Assembly (NCBI RefSeq): GCF_030684315.1
Contig: NC_081396.1
Span: forward strand, 3,720,001 to 3,784,000
Length of the DNA: 64,000 nucleotides
Source: Stegostoma tigrinum
Taxonomy: Eukaryota
Reading direction: 5' to 3'
In this document: positions 13,230 to 27,539 of the stretch, one piece after another
Position numbering within the stretch: position 1 is the first letter of the stretch
Layout: every line of letters starts with the position of its first letter
The notes under the pieces: generated by a model
Seen by the model: only the letters and a program-made list of their open reading frames with translations
What the model was told of the DNA's origin: nothing
The model's database searches: none
Program-made: the position numbers and the translations under genes

Positions 13230-14810
13230 TAACCTCAACTTTTCCATTTATTCTCATTCTGTTAATCTCTTCTGCATTAATATGACAAGTTTTTTTTAAA
13301 CTTTGTGCTGACTGTCACGTCATGTCTATATCCCTCAGCTTTTTTTGCGCCATCTTCACCATTTACCTTTTCTGATTACTTTTGTTTTATTTGCAAACTT
13401 ACTGAAAACATACTGACTTTTCTCAACTCGGTCATTATTGTACCCTTCAAATATTTGTGCACCTCACACTGATTCCAGTGATGCTACATTAGTTAGACGT
13501 TGACATTCTATAAAATAAAATTCTTCATCTAAGTGTCTTTCTGCTTTGATTTTGGCAATCCTCTGTCCAAGCTACTGCACTACCTCCGAAGCCACTAGCT
13601 CTTATCTGGTTGTTATCATAAATGTGGGACCAGATCTAATGTCTTCGGAAAATCTCCACATATTGCAAGTGCTGAACCCTCCTTATTTTGTATTCTACGT
13701 TGTCACATCTTCTTATGTTACTTATTAGGTGAAATTTCACTTGCATGAAACTATTTTCTGTCCTCTTGATTATGCTATGTAATGTTTAAACGCACTTTTG
13801 TTACATTTTCCCCAGTAATGATATTCAACAAAGTGACTTTACTCACCCTTTCTGTTGTCTTTTTTTCAATAAAGGTGTTATCCAATCATCAGGGTCTTTT
13901 CCAAAATTAAATGATTGCTGTATAGTTAAATCCAGTATGTTGAACGCTTCTGCCCTATTTTATTCTTTTTAAAATCCTCAATCGGATCTCATTAGTTGCA
14001 ATGTAATTAGTTATATTTAGTCCTATTGATTTATCTGCTCTTTTTCCCAGTGAAAGTTACTGCGTTGTATTCCTCACCTTTTATTTTTGCCCTTTCGTAT
14101 TTAGCCATTTTGGAATGCTAGTGTGAAGGTAGATGCACGGGATTTTTTCAAATCGCCTGTCTCATTATGGTTTCTAAATATTCATCCCCAGCTCCATTCA
14201 AGAGGAGGCTCTGTTCATTTTGGCCTATCTTTTCCTTTCAATATATTTAAGGAAGTTTCTGCTGTCCGTTTCACTGTTACCTGTAATTTTTCTTTCAATG
14301 TTTAACTTCTCACGCATCATTAATTTTTTGCTTTCCCTTTGAGAGTTTTTTAAACTTCCATAATACTCTCTGTAGCAATAATATTTATGACATTTCATGT
14401 TATGTCTTTTTATTCTTTTTTTGCTGTCTTCAACTTCCCTCCTTAACCATAATAACTTGACTCCTTCCTATAATCCTCCCATCTCACTGGGATATATCTT
14501 TGCTCTGAGCCATGAAATATGAAAATCTTAATGCATGCTATTGCTCATCATAATTCTTCGCTGCTAAACTCGTTTGAAGTCCATTCCAGCAAGCTCTGCC
14601 CTCATTTCGTGATAAATATCCTGATGTACGCTTGTTTCCAACACAAATTTCTGTCTCTCCAACTGAATACTATATTTTGTTGTTCCCATCTAATCTTAGA
14701 TTCTGTCATTATTTACTAAAATTGCCTCATTCTGCATTACCAGATCCAACATGTCAAGTTGTCAGGTTGGATGCATAACATATTGTCGGAGGAATCTGTC
14801 CCGCAAACAT
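13230..14810 (-). mobile_element. Old CR1 LINE fragment, host of the next element
   Basis: Decayed reverse-strand ORF2 text that appears to resume after 18260. Confidence 0.55.
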
Positions 14811-14814
14811 CCGT

Positions 14815-17800
14815 AGTGGACAGGTGTCTGTCAGTGAGCCTGGACTTGCAACGCAGAGGGGAAGGGGGTAGAATAGGAGAGCAATTTTAGAGGTGAAATT
14901 CAATAGTAAGAGGCAGAGACAAGCCGCTTTGTGAATGCGAACGAGACAAACAGAATGTATGTTGCCTCTTGGGTGCCAGGGTCTGTGACGTCTTGGATCG
15001 TGTTTTCAAGATCGTTAAGGGGGACGGTGAACAACCAGCAGTCATGGTACACATCATTGCCAACGAACAAAGGTGGAAAAAAGGACTGACAATGTGAAAA
15101 ATGACTGTAGAGAGTTAGGTTATAAATTCATGTCAGCAATAAACAGAGTAGCTATCTGTGGATTATTAACAGTGCCATGTGATAACGATGTAAGGAATAT
15201 GGAGAGAATGGAACTTAACAAGATTACCGTAGGGTTCGTGTTGGAAGGAGGATTTCTATTATGTGGTTAATTGTACCACATTCTGGGGAAGGTGGGACTC
15301 GTACTTAAAGGATGGTCTGCACCTGAACAGGAAGGTCACAAATATCCTGGGAGGGAAGTTTGCTCAAGCTGTATGGGGTTGTTAACCTAGATTGTCAGGG
15401 GGTGGGAAACGGGATTTGTGAATCAGTGGATGTGGTATTCAGCCTTCCAACAGACACAACAGGGAGTGATCTTGTTAATAAAGATGTACGTTCGATGGAG
15501 CTTAAGTGTGGACAGAGGGATGGTTTGAAGCGTGTATACCTCAATGGTCAAAGTTTCAGAAATAAGGCGGAAGAACTTAGGGCATGGGTCACTTCTTGAT
15601 ACTACGATTTTGTGACCAATATGGAAACGTGGGCAACTCAGGGGCAGGACTAGTTTTTGGAAGCTCCAGGATTTAGATGCTATCAAAGAAATAGGGAGGC
15701 CGCTAAGAGAGGCAGGGAGTGGCGTTGTTAGTTTGGGCTGAGACAGCAGCTCCTGAAAGGCATTGGAGTATGATACGTCGACAGAATCAGTTTGGGTTGA
15801 GGACCAGAACAAGAAGGGATCAGTTAGTTTTTTAAAATTTATTTACAGACCGCTTAATAGTTGCAACGAAGTGGTGGAGAGAATTGGGAGGCAGATATTG
15901 GAAAGAGGCAGACGTCACAGGATTGGAGTTATTGTTGACTTCAACTTTCCAACTGTTGATTTGAAACTTTTTAGTTGTAATAATTTAGATGGAACAGATT
16001 ATGCCCAGTGCATTCAGGGAGGATTCTTGACACAGTGTGGATGCAGGAAAAACAGAAGGAGAGACCACTTTGGATTTTGTGCTTGGCAATCAACCGGGCC
16101 AAGTGTTAGACCCGTTGGGAGGAAAGCATTTTTGGGGAAATTATCATAAATCTAAAACATAAAATAGGAACAGACGATGCCATGGAAGAACACTTTTGAC
16201 ATGTGGAGATTGTTTCAGGAATGCACACTGCGTGTGCGTGATATGTTTGTCCGTAGATGGCAGGGAGGATACGGTTGAGAAAGGGAACTTTGGTTCTCAA
16301 GAGAGGTCGAATGACTGATTCAGTGGAAGAAGGATGCTTACATAATATTTGGGAAAAAAAGTGAGGAAAAGGCTCTCAACGGATACAAGTTAGCCAGGAA
16401 GGAACTGAAGAAAGGTCAGAGGAAAGCAATAAGGGGTCATGAGAAGGCCTTGGCGGTTCGGTTCAAGAAAAACTTGAACGCTTTTTACATGGATGGAAGC
16501 AGTAAGGGAATGACCAGAGAAACAGTAGGGCCGATCAACAATTGTAAAAATAATTAGTGCACGGAGCCTAAAGAGATAGGAGAGTTCCTTACTAAATAGT
16601 TTTCTTCAGTTTTCACCATTGAGAGGGAGCTCGTTGTCGGGAAGAACAGTGTGAAACACATTGGTCGGCGTCAGGAGATGGATGTTAGTAAGGAAGATTT
16701 CCTGGGAATTTTGAGGAACTTGAAATTGACAAGTCCCCTGGTCCTGATGGAATTTATCCAAGGAATCTATGGGACGCGAGGGAAGACAGCAGAGGGCCTT
16801 TGGCGATGCTCTTTTCGGTCTCACTGTCTCTAGGTGATGTGCTGGAAGATTGGAGAGAGGCAAACATCATTCCCTTGTTCCATAAAGGAAATAGGGATAA
16901 CCCCAGAAATTACAGATGAGTTGGCCTTCCTTCAGTGGTGGGCAAATTATTGGAAAGGGCTCTGAGACCTAGTATTAATGATCACTTCGGTAGTCACTGT
17001 TTGATGTGTGACAGTCAGCATGGATTTGTGAGGGGTAGGTCATTCCTTAGAACCCTTATTGAATTCTTTCAAGAGGTGACCAAACACGTGAATGAAGGTA
17101 GAGCAGTTGCTGTGGGATGCATGGATATAAGGTTCCCGATGGTAGGCTCATGCAGAAAGTGAAAAGGCATTGGGCAGGTCAGATGTGGCAGATTGGATTC
17201 AGAATTGGCTGAACCTTAGAGCACAAAGGTGGTAGTGAATAGAAAATTGTCCACATAATGATCAGTTTCGAGTGGTGTACCACAAGGATCTGTTCTGCGT
17301 CCTCTTCAATTTTTGAATTTGAAAATGATTTGGATGCAGTAGTGGAAGGGTGGATTACTAAGTTCACGGACGATATGAACGTGTGTCATGTTGTGAATAG
17401 TGCGGGGGGCTGTAAGAGGTTACAAAGGGACAGAAATAAGATGCAGAGCTGGACTGAGAAGTGGCAGATGAAGTTTAACCCAGAAAAGCGTGAGGTGATT
17501 AATTTTGGAAGGACAAACATGAAACCAGATAACAGGGTTAACAGACAGTTTCTTGGCCGTGTGGAGGAGTTTGAGGGATCTTGGGGTTCATAATCACAGT
17601 TCTCTGAATGATGCCATCCAGGTGGATAGTTTTGTTAAGAAGGCTCATGGTGTCTTAGCTTTCGTTACTCGTGGGATTGAGTTCAAGAGCCGTGATGTTC
17701 TGCTCCAGCTGAGCAAAACCCTGGATTGGACAAGTCTGGAATATTGTGTCCAGTTCTGGTTGCCTCATTACAGGAATGATGTGGAAGTGCTGGAAAGGTG

Positions 17801-18260
17801 CATAGGAGGTTTACCAGGATGTTGCCTGGAGTGGTGGGAAGGCCTTTGAAGAAAATGTTGAGAAGAGGTCGGGTTTTTCTCTTTGGAACGCTGAAGGTGA
17901 GAGCTGTACAAGATGATCAGCGGTATAGATAAAGTGGACAGCAAGACACTTTTTCCTGGGGTGGAGGTAGATATTTCGAGGGGGCATAGTTTAAGAGTGA
18001 GTGGATGTAGATATAGGGGAGACGTCAGAGATAAATGCTGAACTCAGAGAATGGCAGGGGCGCTGAATGCTTTGCTGGAGAGGGTAGTGGTTTGGCATTG
18101 TTCGGGGCATTTAAGCAGCAATTAGATTAAGTTATGGGTGATAGTCTGAGATAATGGTAGAGGTTAGATTGACCTTACATTTGGGTGAAAATTTTGGCAC
18201 AACATCATGGGCAGCAGGCCCTTTGCTGTGCTATTCTGACTTAAGGTCTATGTTCTATGA
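14815..18260 (+). mobile_element. CR1 LINE: ORF1 esterase/SGNH end plus ORF2 (EN and RT), decayed
   Basis: VCCLLGARVCDV...PAVMVHI (ORF1); YLNGQSFRNKAEEL, IYRPLNS, SQHGFVRGRS, KFTDD, LEYCVQFWLPHY (ORF2); tail ctatgttctatg. Confidence 0.95.
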
Positions 18261-19169
18261 TGTGCAGTCCATGAATTCTTTTTCATGTCTAGCTTTGCTC
18301 ATCTGACTTTTTTTTTCAATTCATGTGAAGATTCAATTTGCCGATGATTAATGTAATGCCTTTTTAAATCTGCGTTGTTGTCTTCAGAATAGTCTCTGTC
18401 TTTCTTTAAATATATTTCCATCACCCTATAAATTTCTTCCATCAGTGCCTTCTTTCCCTTTTTATTGCTTTCTTCCACAAATACGATTTCCACATTTTAT
18501 GATAGTGAAGTCCATATGGAATTAATAGTTGAGGAATTGCCGACTTAATGTCATGTTTTACATCAATGTCTATGCTGTTATGTTTCAAAGGTCGTGACCG
18601 TTGTCCTTATGAAAACGTGGAATCTACCTAAACTTTTCCAGTGGAGTGTCTTCACAGGTCTGATTATGTTGAACGAATTATCCACTATCAGCCTTCACTT
18701 CCATCTACTGGAGAACCACAGCCATTGCATCTCCCTTCAAAATACCAACAACAGATATTTGATGTTGATCGACAGAGAACACAATTTTGCTGTTGCTCCA
18801 GTTCATCGCCATGAACTGGTGTTCCCAGATTTGACTTCGCAAATTACCGAAAATAGAAAAGGTTAGTTAATACCATAACAAAGGCACCATTGAGCAAAAT
18901 ATATCAACGGCTTGACACGTATTTTTGTTCATCTCATTTGAGAGGAAATTGCTCAGAGAAAAGTGTGCCGATAATTAGTGGTTTCTTCTTTCACTCAAAA
19001 TATAATTCATCCCCCTCTTGAAAGATAGTGTAGAGACACCATCTCTCAAATTTCAATGACAAAAAACCTCCAGAAAGACATTCACCGTCCAAGGCTGATC
19101 GTGAGCAACACCTTTGACTGTCCAACTGCCCTTTCTCTCTTTGGTTTTTATGCTCTCGTTTACTCCCTA

Positions 19170-19320
19170 ACCGACCAACGTCTCTATTTCTTGCATTTAA
19201 ACACCCGTTTTCCAACAGTTCTGAGGAAGGGTCACCGGACCCGAAGTGTTGACTCCTTTTATCCCTTACCAGATGCTGCTCGTCCTGCAAAGCTTCTCTA
19301 GCAAATTTGATTCTGCTCCA
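19170..19320 (+). mobile_element. Penelope pseudo-LTR remnant with degenerate hammerhead motif
   Basis: ctgaggaagggtcaccggacccgaag...gatgctgctcgtcctgc. Confidence 0.65.
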
Positions 19321-22300
19321 GGGAGTCAAGATTTGTTGTTTGAAGAGTGTTTTTTCTCCTTCATTCTTAACACAAGATGTCGTTTCGTTCCATGTTTGTT
19401 TGTGCATGTGTGATTGTTATTCAGTGTGTAGATATGTCTGTCTGTCTCTGTCTTTGTCTGTGGTCATTTGAAGAGCATAATTCTTTCTGCAAGCTAATTT
19501 CGTTGTCTGAGGCGAGAAGCATGCTCAGGTCGATTTAAAGTGCTCAAGTGCTCAGATTGCTCGACTTCATGCAATGGAACTTATACGCTTCCTGAAGTCA
19601 TCGATTCTTAAGAGGCAGTTTCTCCCACCAATAACTCCTTTAATGCTGCAGAATGCCAGTTATGAGTTATTTACCTCTGTTTTGGCATCGAAACCTGCTG
19701 TCTGGTCATTGTCACGGTTCATGTTAAAGCAACAGAAACGTACCATTTGTCTCCATCTCTAAGGACCTCTCCTATGTACAGTCAATATGCAGGCTGTTTC
19801 TATCATTCTTAAGCATTCTTTCAATGATGCTTTTGGCGCATCACTCGTTGTCTGGCTTTAGGAATCTTACCATGAAGAAAGTCAATTTGCCGCGAACATG
19901 CTTCCATTCTTTTGATGTATGTTAGACACATGAGTTTGAAACAGGAACACTCCATTTTATAGTGTGGCTGAATTTTCGTGCTATTTAATGCAATTTTCAA
20001 ATAAGAGCGTTCCACCTGGAATAGCTTGATACACATTTCCATTAAAACCAATAGCCTCGCGTGTCTCCATGCAAAATTACAAAATGAAGCATATGCCTTT
20101 TCACCCATTCTCAAGAACGACAACAATGCCTTGCAGTTGCTTCCAAACAACTTAGGTTTTCCCGATCTGTCTGGCATGGAATGAAGACACTGATTGTTGT
20201 TGTGATCTTCAGATGTGTCCCTGACATCAGTAGGAGAGGTGGACAAAGTGGTAATGATGACGTAAGAGACTCTTTCTTTCAGCTTTTTTTGTTTTGTGTG
20301 TGCATGCGGAATTGTGATTATAATAATCTTGTGAACATAAAATGTTGAGGTTTGGTGTTTATGTCAGTTAGGAGACGTGAGTAGCATCAATGGAACAATA
20401 AAATATCATTAAATGGAAGAGATAGAATACGGTTTGATTTGGCTCACTCACACCTGCTTCTGTGTGATTGTCGAGGTTGTCCATGGATACAGATACTTCG
20501 GGGGAGAATGACTGGACATACTGTGCAGGAATGGAAGTTAATATCAGAAGTGACAAGTGATATTATAATCCCAAAAATCTATTTGATAAATGTTTTAATG
20601 AGATCAGTGCTATGATTCATCTGACAATGTCAATCATCACTGTGGAGAATAATATTGAGCTCCAAGCCTGAGGCGAATAATGCCCATTTGTGCTTCACGT
20701 TACATTGAGTGAAGATGACAAGCAGAAGGACATCTTGATCAGTGATGGTTCTTCGTCATCTACAGGACTTGAACACGAGCAGACAGATACAGAGCCTGTG
20801 CAGCATTTCTTCATCTCTGAAAAGAAACAAAAAAAAATCCTGAGGGCAAGTGTCAAACAATTTATCGCATAAAAGCTCCCAGTGATAATCCACTGAAGTT
20901 GTTGCGAGCTTGAGCAATATAAAGAGCTTCAGATCCAGTTAAATACCACAGGCACTCTGGAATAGCTGACATTCTCAGTTACGTCCACTCAGAAGACGGT
21001 GGGAAAACGTGGTAATGTAAAGTTTAAGAAAGCTGACATGTATCTGGACTTATCAGCAGTGCTGGAGATGCGGTATGGAGCGGCATATGACCTTCAAACA
21101 CAGCTTATTTCACAACGTGAGAAGAATAGAGTCCAGCATGTGTCAAAGTAAAGCATAGGTGGAGACGGGGTGGGTGTCGGGGAGGATTGTGAATGTGAGT
21201 TCTTTACAGAAAATTGCACATTTCACGAAAATTTAATTGAATCTGAACTAGTGTGTGCTCAAGACAATACAATAGCTCTTTAAAATATAATTGAGCCCAT
21301 TTGATGTGGAAGTCCGCAAAATTGAATAGAACCGGACATTGTACATTAAATCATACAATCATCAGTACACAAGAAGCCCTTCTGCCCAATGAGCCTGCAC
21401 AATGAAACCGGCACGAATTCTACATTGGGCCTGTTTTCAAGGACTAATGATTCATCTCCTTCAAGATAATGATATTTCATGTGGCCATTCTGTAATTTCC
21501 AATGGTTGTGAGCTTCACTGTCTGGTCTAACAATCGTTCTGTGCAGCTCCAAAATAACTTGCTTGTCCTTTCCATATATGCCTCCACTGAGTAATGAGAG
21601 TGCCCTTATACCCTTTAAATATTCGAGTGATCTACCCTGCCACTTAGGGCAGATGTGAAGTGCTGGGAGTGGGCCTCATCCTGATAACTCTGTCATTCTC
21701 GAAGAGTGTGTCTGTATGTCTCCCTCTGTGAGAGAAATGAGGATCACTTTCCTAAGGGGAAGCTAACACAGATTGACCACCTGAAGTTCCAGTCGCATTC
21801 ATTATGTCATTCCAGATGAAAGCGTCGCAGTGAAAATATCATTGAGGAGAACATTTGAAACATTAGAACATACATGGCCATGGGACAAGTGCTGAAAACT
21901 GCGACTAGAACAGTTGGATGTTTGATGACCGGCAGTAACACGATGATCTGAAGCCTCTTTTCCAATGTGAGAAAAACGTGTTGAAATGGAGATATGCATA
22001 TGGGGCAGAAAATGATCCATGTAGGTTAATTTGTCAGGATTCTGCTAATTTAACAGAAATATACAATTTATGAATGATTTCAGAAACGGGAAACAAGCTG
22101 TGGAGAAGTCAAAAGAATATCTGTCATCCCAAACTTTATACAGGTTAATACAAAATAAAGAACTGTGGATGCTGCAAATCTGAAGCAAAAACTGAATTTG
22201 CTCGTGAAACTCAGCACGATGGCAGCATCTGTGGACAGAAAACAGAGCTAATATTTCATATCCAGTGCCCCTTCTTCAGTATAATGTTAGTTGTGCAACT

Positions 22301-23791
22301 CCACATTAAAATTCTGCAGTGGCAAAAATAAATCAAGTTTATCTATAGATTCAGCAATTTTCTTTTCATCAAACACTCTCTCATCTCTCTCATCAGATTA
22401 CGACTTTCAATTTTACCAACGTAAGAGAGGCTCTAATACTCCTGCATTTCACCTAAGGTCGTGAATGTCTCTTGCTTCAATGATTTCTTTCTGTCACTGA
22501 ACAGGCGTGTCGAATTGAGAATCAGTCTCTCCAGCACCTATCGCAATTCATGACTCTCATTGTGCCTCGTGATATCAGTGAATCCACCTCACCCTCCTTT
22601 ATTCTCTTTGTCTCACTGTCCTTCTCTGTGACATTCCATTTTTGTTCTTTCAAAAGTCTGAAACGTGAAATTCATCTGTGAGTGGAGCTGGTCAGACGTT
22701 TTTACCCCCTGCCTGGAGTGGGTGAGAATTGGTTTCACTTTCTACAGATAACATGCCTATTAATTCAGACTGATGTGAGGAGGCATTACTTCCTTAATGG
22801 ATTGTGAATTTTGTCAATTTTAAATGGAATTTATCACCATCAGGAAAATAATCCACAACAATTGCAAAATTTATGGAAAAATCTTTACTGTTTGTGCAAA
22901 ATAATGAAGGATGATGGCAGAGAAAGGGAATGACAAGTTTATATTGTCTGCCATTACTCTTGCATTACTCAGTCACTCTGCATTATATCCTGCCTCATCT
23001 CGTATTTGTATCAAACTGGCAATGAAGAAGTGACAATATGAGCATAAGATTTGTGAAACAGAGGTTAAAAAAAACAATCAATTGTTATTGTTCAGGAAGT
23101 AACAAGGAGCATTTGATGGGGGACATTTCTGGGCAACAAGAATGAGAATAATAACAGGCTTATTTCAATCACAGTAAGCACATTTTGTCAATAGATGCTT
23201 TGTTCAACGTCACAAAATCTGCTGAACAGGGCATTTGAGAGAAGCTTGTGCAAATTTTCTTTAATTAATGGTATGGATACTGTTTTGTGCTTGAACCCAG
23301 GGTTTCCTGTTTCTGCAGCAAAGGCCTTAATCAGCTACGACAGAATGCCATTGGTCTGGGTCGAGCCATTTGCCCTTTTCCTTCACCACTCGTTCACAGT
23401 ATCGACATGTATTTTTTGTTTTGCGTCCATCTTACTCAGCAAGATTTTCAAAACTCTTGCTTTTGTGGACAGCTCACAAATGATTTTTGCCCACTGAAAA
23501 TGCATAGAAGAAAACAATTAATTTTGGAATTGGGATAAAACGGACATTTTCATCTCAACCCAACGGCTTGAAGGGGACTTCTTCATTCTGTTGAGGACCA
23601 TTTAATTGTGCTCCTAAGCAAAATACGACCTCACCACAAAAACGAGGTCATTGCGTTGAATTGACCTATAAGTGACACATGAGCCAGTATCTCGAGTGTG
23701 CAGCAAATTCAGACCAGCCAGCACCAACATTGAGCCTTGCTACGCCACACCCATGCGCACTTCCTGCTCCATACCTCCCAGTCATCATTGC

Positions 23792-23815
23792 GTTTCACTT
23801 TTATTTCACTTCCTC
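23792..23815. promoter_or_regulatory. Adjacent ISRE-like and ETS-IRF composite (EICE) motifs
   Basis: GTTTCACTTTT, then TTTCACTTCCTC (reverse complement GAGGAAGTGAAA); an ETS core acttcctg near 23759; an ATG exon with a gtgagt donor at about 23891-23953 follows. Confidence 0.45.
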
Positions 23816-24039
23816 ACTTTGACTCTCAACTTCGTGCAACGACAAGTCTCTGATTGGAAACTGCAACTTCTGAAAATTAATTCCTGCGTTATGGAAGCTA
23901 CTCATTGGGATTCGATATATTGCTTTTCCCGAATTACCCTAGATATGGAGATGGTGAGTGACTCTCTTGAAAATTGAAATCCTTGGCCCGTAGGTTTGAT
24001 GTTGATACTCCTAAGGTCGGAGTTTCAGGATTTTGACTC

Positions 24040-24350
24040 ATTGGCACTTAAGGAACAGTCATGTATTCAAACTCGAAATGACGACTGGCTTCAAGGGGTT
24101 TGGTGGATGATGCTTTCCTGTAAATCCACTGTCGTTGTCCTTCGCGATGGAAGTAATCTCTCATTTGACTGAATCCTACAGATACAGGATGGCTGTTCTG
24201 TTTGTAATGAAAAATCCATTTCTGCCTCGATAATTCGCAGACAATTTTCATTTCTTGACTTGGGGTTGTGTCCAGACATGTGTGATGTAAATTCAGAATC
24301 TTAATCAGTAACAGCAACAATACCGAAACTGACCCTTGCAAACTTACTTT
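24040..24350 (-). mobile_element. SINE (Deu-type relative), decayed
   Basis: aggatggctgttctg...taatgaaaaatcca and acaattttcatttcttgacttgggg, similar to the 33720-34060 copy. Confidence 0.5.
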
Positions 24351-24933
24351 GACACACTCTTGTGCATATTCATCCTGTCAAACCCAACATCACCAGTGAA
24401 GCTTCTCTTTCTAAACTTTGAAATGGTTCGTATCATCACCCTGTGTTTCAGTGTGAAGAATGAGGAGCTGTGATAATCTGATGTTCAGCAAATGTACTGT
24501 TGGAATGTGCAAAACAAGCCGATGTTAAAAGTACTGAGCTACAGTGAAGGGTGTCTCCAATAAAGGCATCATTCAACTCGTCTGATTCCAGACTCCAGTC
24601 GAGAAAGGACAAAACGTTTGTCGTTGAATTTGTTTGGGGCCTTGACTCGAAAAAAACCATAACTCAGGCTGTGAAAAAAGATTCACTGAAACAGCTTATA
24701 AAATCGCTAAGTGACTTTAAATAAAATGATGGGAAGCTCCAGTAGACAGAGATGACACTGAAGTTGCCAACTGAGGTCAAACGTGTTTCATTTGCAAATG
24801 AAATTCAACACTTCACAAAACGGGGATCATTGAAATGGAGCAGTGACGAGTATTATGTTTACTGCTTTATGACCTTGTGAATGTTCTATTTCCCGTTCAC
24901 ACCTCAAATCTGCAGCACATATAAGCTTGAGGT

Positions 24934-25010
24934 GCACCAGGTACTAATGCAATCAATGATGCCGCTGACTGCAAGCCAGCAGATTGTAGGTTCAAATCCC
25001 ACATGGTTCA
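24934..25010 (+). pseudogene. tRNA-Arg-like pseudogene
   Basis: gcaat..at.a.gc..ctgact.c...cag.agattgtaGGTTCAAATCC aligns to vertebrate tRNA-Arg(ACG); B-box intact, stems and anticodon mutated. Confidence 0.55.
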
Positions 25011-25689
25011 AGTTTTCTCCACTTTTGAGCGAAGTTTTCTGATTCCCATGAAGCTGGATATTCCTGACGTCTCAGTGCAGTCAATGCCCCTTAGACTATG
25101 ATCATCAACGTCTCAGAATCCTCAGAGATGTGAAGTTGAAATAATCAAGCAAACAGCTTATAGTCAGCTCTCAGGTTCCCAAACCCAATGTGCAAATCAC
25201 TCCAGATCCAGGAAGTGGAAAGATTCAGTGACCAGCTTTGTGAACCTCATTTAGAGTTGGAATCAGTCGAGAACAAAGAGTGAACGTGCCCGCCGGAGCA
25301 GTGACAGTCAGGACAACTTCCCTCATTTCCGGGGCTCAGTCCTTTCCTCTGATACACTCGGGGATATTAACAGATCAGAAGAATTGAGAAGATTGTTGGT
25401 ACAGCTTTACGGATTTTTCTGTTGTCATTGTGAGGAACAGTAAATCTTGATCCCCAACTGTCCATCAAATCAGGCCATACGGGTGATTGCGCCAAAAGTA
25501 AATGACGAGACTCCCGGGGCGAATGGAAAGCACACTTGCATCTTCCTTATTGACGGAGAATTCTTTTATTTTTATTGAACCGGAGTTAAGATTGTCCTCC
25601 AGAATGGTCGACACAGCGAGTTTGTAAAAGCACAGAAAGAGGTCTTTCAGACCACCGTGTCAACTTCAGTCTTCAAACATCTATCTGCT

Positions 25690-26046
25690 GGGGATGCAAT
25701 GGGCCAGTGGTATTATCTCTGGACTGTCAATCCGGAGGCCCAGATGATTCTCTGGGGACCTGGATCACAATCATACCACAGCAGATGGCAGAATTTTAAT
25801 TCAATAAATATCTGGAATATGAGACTCGTGATGACCGTGAATCCAGTGCGGATTATTGGGGGGAAATCAGTCTGGCCTCCGTCATGTCATTTCGAGAAGG
25901 AAATTACCACCCTTGCCTGGTCCGGCCTCCATGGGCCCCGAGATAAACAGCAATGCAGTTAACTCATAACTGCCGTCTGGGTAAATAAGGATGGGCAATA
26001 AATGCTGTCCAAGCCAGCGTCACCCTCATTACATGAATGAATAAAA
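25690..26046 (+). mobile_element. Deu-type (SacSINE1-like) SINE, near full length
   Basis: tRNA-like head, central gaaggaaattaccacccttgcctggtccggcct, tail ggatgggcaataaatgctg...atgaatgaataaaa. Confidence 0.85.
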
Positions 26047-27539
26047 GATCTATTGCAATGCCGTGCTTCAGAGCTTTGACCCCAGCCTGACATCTCAAGG
26101 GATTATCTCGATGACATGCTCCCTGCGGAGTTGTAATCATAAACGACTCAACAAATGGAGGTGAAGTTTAAACTGCTAAGAGTTTTCACGCCCCTTCACG
26201 GAACAGAACCTCATTTTCACTCAAAAAGGGAATTGCACAGACATCCCCAAGAGTGACAGACGTCAGCACAAAATAACTGCCAGACTGCAAGGACTTTAGT
26301 TCTCTTTTTTTCACATGAAACCAGAGACTGTTTAAAGTAAAGGAAGGAAGAATTCAGTTGGTTCCATTTTCCCGTTACACACACATTGATTCCCATCATT
26401 CATCGGGAAAAACTGCTTCACCTCGTTCTCCCTGTCGAACCAGAACATTTCTCTGATGAGCTGAATCCTATCCTCATATTTGTGGCAGGGGAAGCCCGAT
26501 GTAGAATTTCAGACTCAAACAAATCAGCCATAGCCTGTGGAGAAAATGACATGATGCTGTTCTTGCTGTTTCAACAAATGCAATTTCAAACAACGTTGAA
26601 AATGTACTTTTTAAAGTCTGCTGCAGTAAGTGTACGAAAATTCGTCGAAAACCCAGTAAGAATTAAAATTGAGATCAGTGTTTCACAAGACGCTGAGTAA
26701 AGAATCAATCTGTCCCCGGGACACAAAACCTGACAACACGAGGCTTCCTCTCAGCAATTGGAACAAGGTAACCGCCAACTTATTTGTCGCAGGGTGGCAG
26801 CAGAGCACATGTGCATGAGCCTCGTGCCAGGGGAAACATCTTGTGAATCTCGTTTTTTGGACTTAAAGGGACCGAGATTGTAAATTGCTTTTACAGGGGT
26901 GACGAAGGGAACCTTCAGACACAGTTTGAATAAGACAAATGTTTATCTCTTCCGAATTTTTATCCTGAACTAACGAATTTATTTATTAGGATATTTCAAG
27001 AGGATTTGCTTTTTGGAAATTCAAACCAAACAATACATCAAGATCTGACAGTATCACAAATCATAATTCAATCAACATTGGCTATTGTTGGCCTTTTGAA
27101 GTAAGTTTTGAAGAAAAGAAAAAGCAACACATGGTTCCTTCTTTATATCCCCCTTTCGCCCAATAGCTTGAATCTATGTCTATTGAATATCAGCTCATGT
27201 TAACAGCTTCTGTTTATCTACCTAATCTAATCTGGGAGTTGCCAGTATTCACATCCACCTGCTACACTTTTCCTTCTTTTTAGTGGAGAATGAAAGTTTG
27301 GAAGATTCTGAAAAGGTTCTGGTGAACTTTTAGGTGTCTAGAATCTCTCTTGTTTAGTCCCTGCCTTCGGCTCTCTGTCTTCACATGGAAGCCAGAGTCT
27401 TGTAATTAATTCTCCCTCCCACTCTTTTTCTTTTATTCTTCTCTTTTGTTTGACTTTGATTTCACAGAATATTAGAAGGGGAAGATTTACAAACTAACCG
27501 TGATACATTAACCTGATGGAGTCACACAATTTATGACAA

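Noticed and set aside
18591-18861. 271-nt ag/gt-bounded exon-like segment
   Set aside because: No frame resembles a family I can recognise
19821-20246. 141-aa ORF (minus)
   Set aside because: No recognisable motif, splice context or true ATG start
20890-21060. Ig C1-like text on minus (FPTVF...RVPVVFNWI*SSLYC) and EDGGKTW*C on plus
   Set aside because: Weak matches on both strands and no N-terminal half; cannot be distinguished from chance
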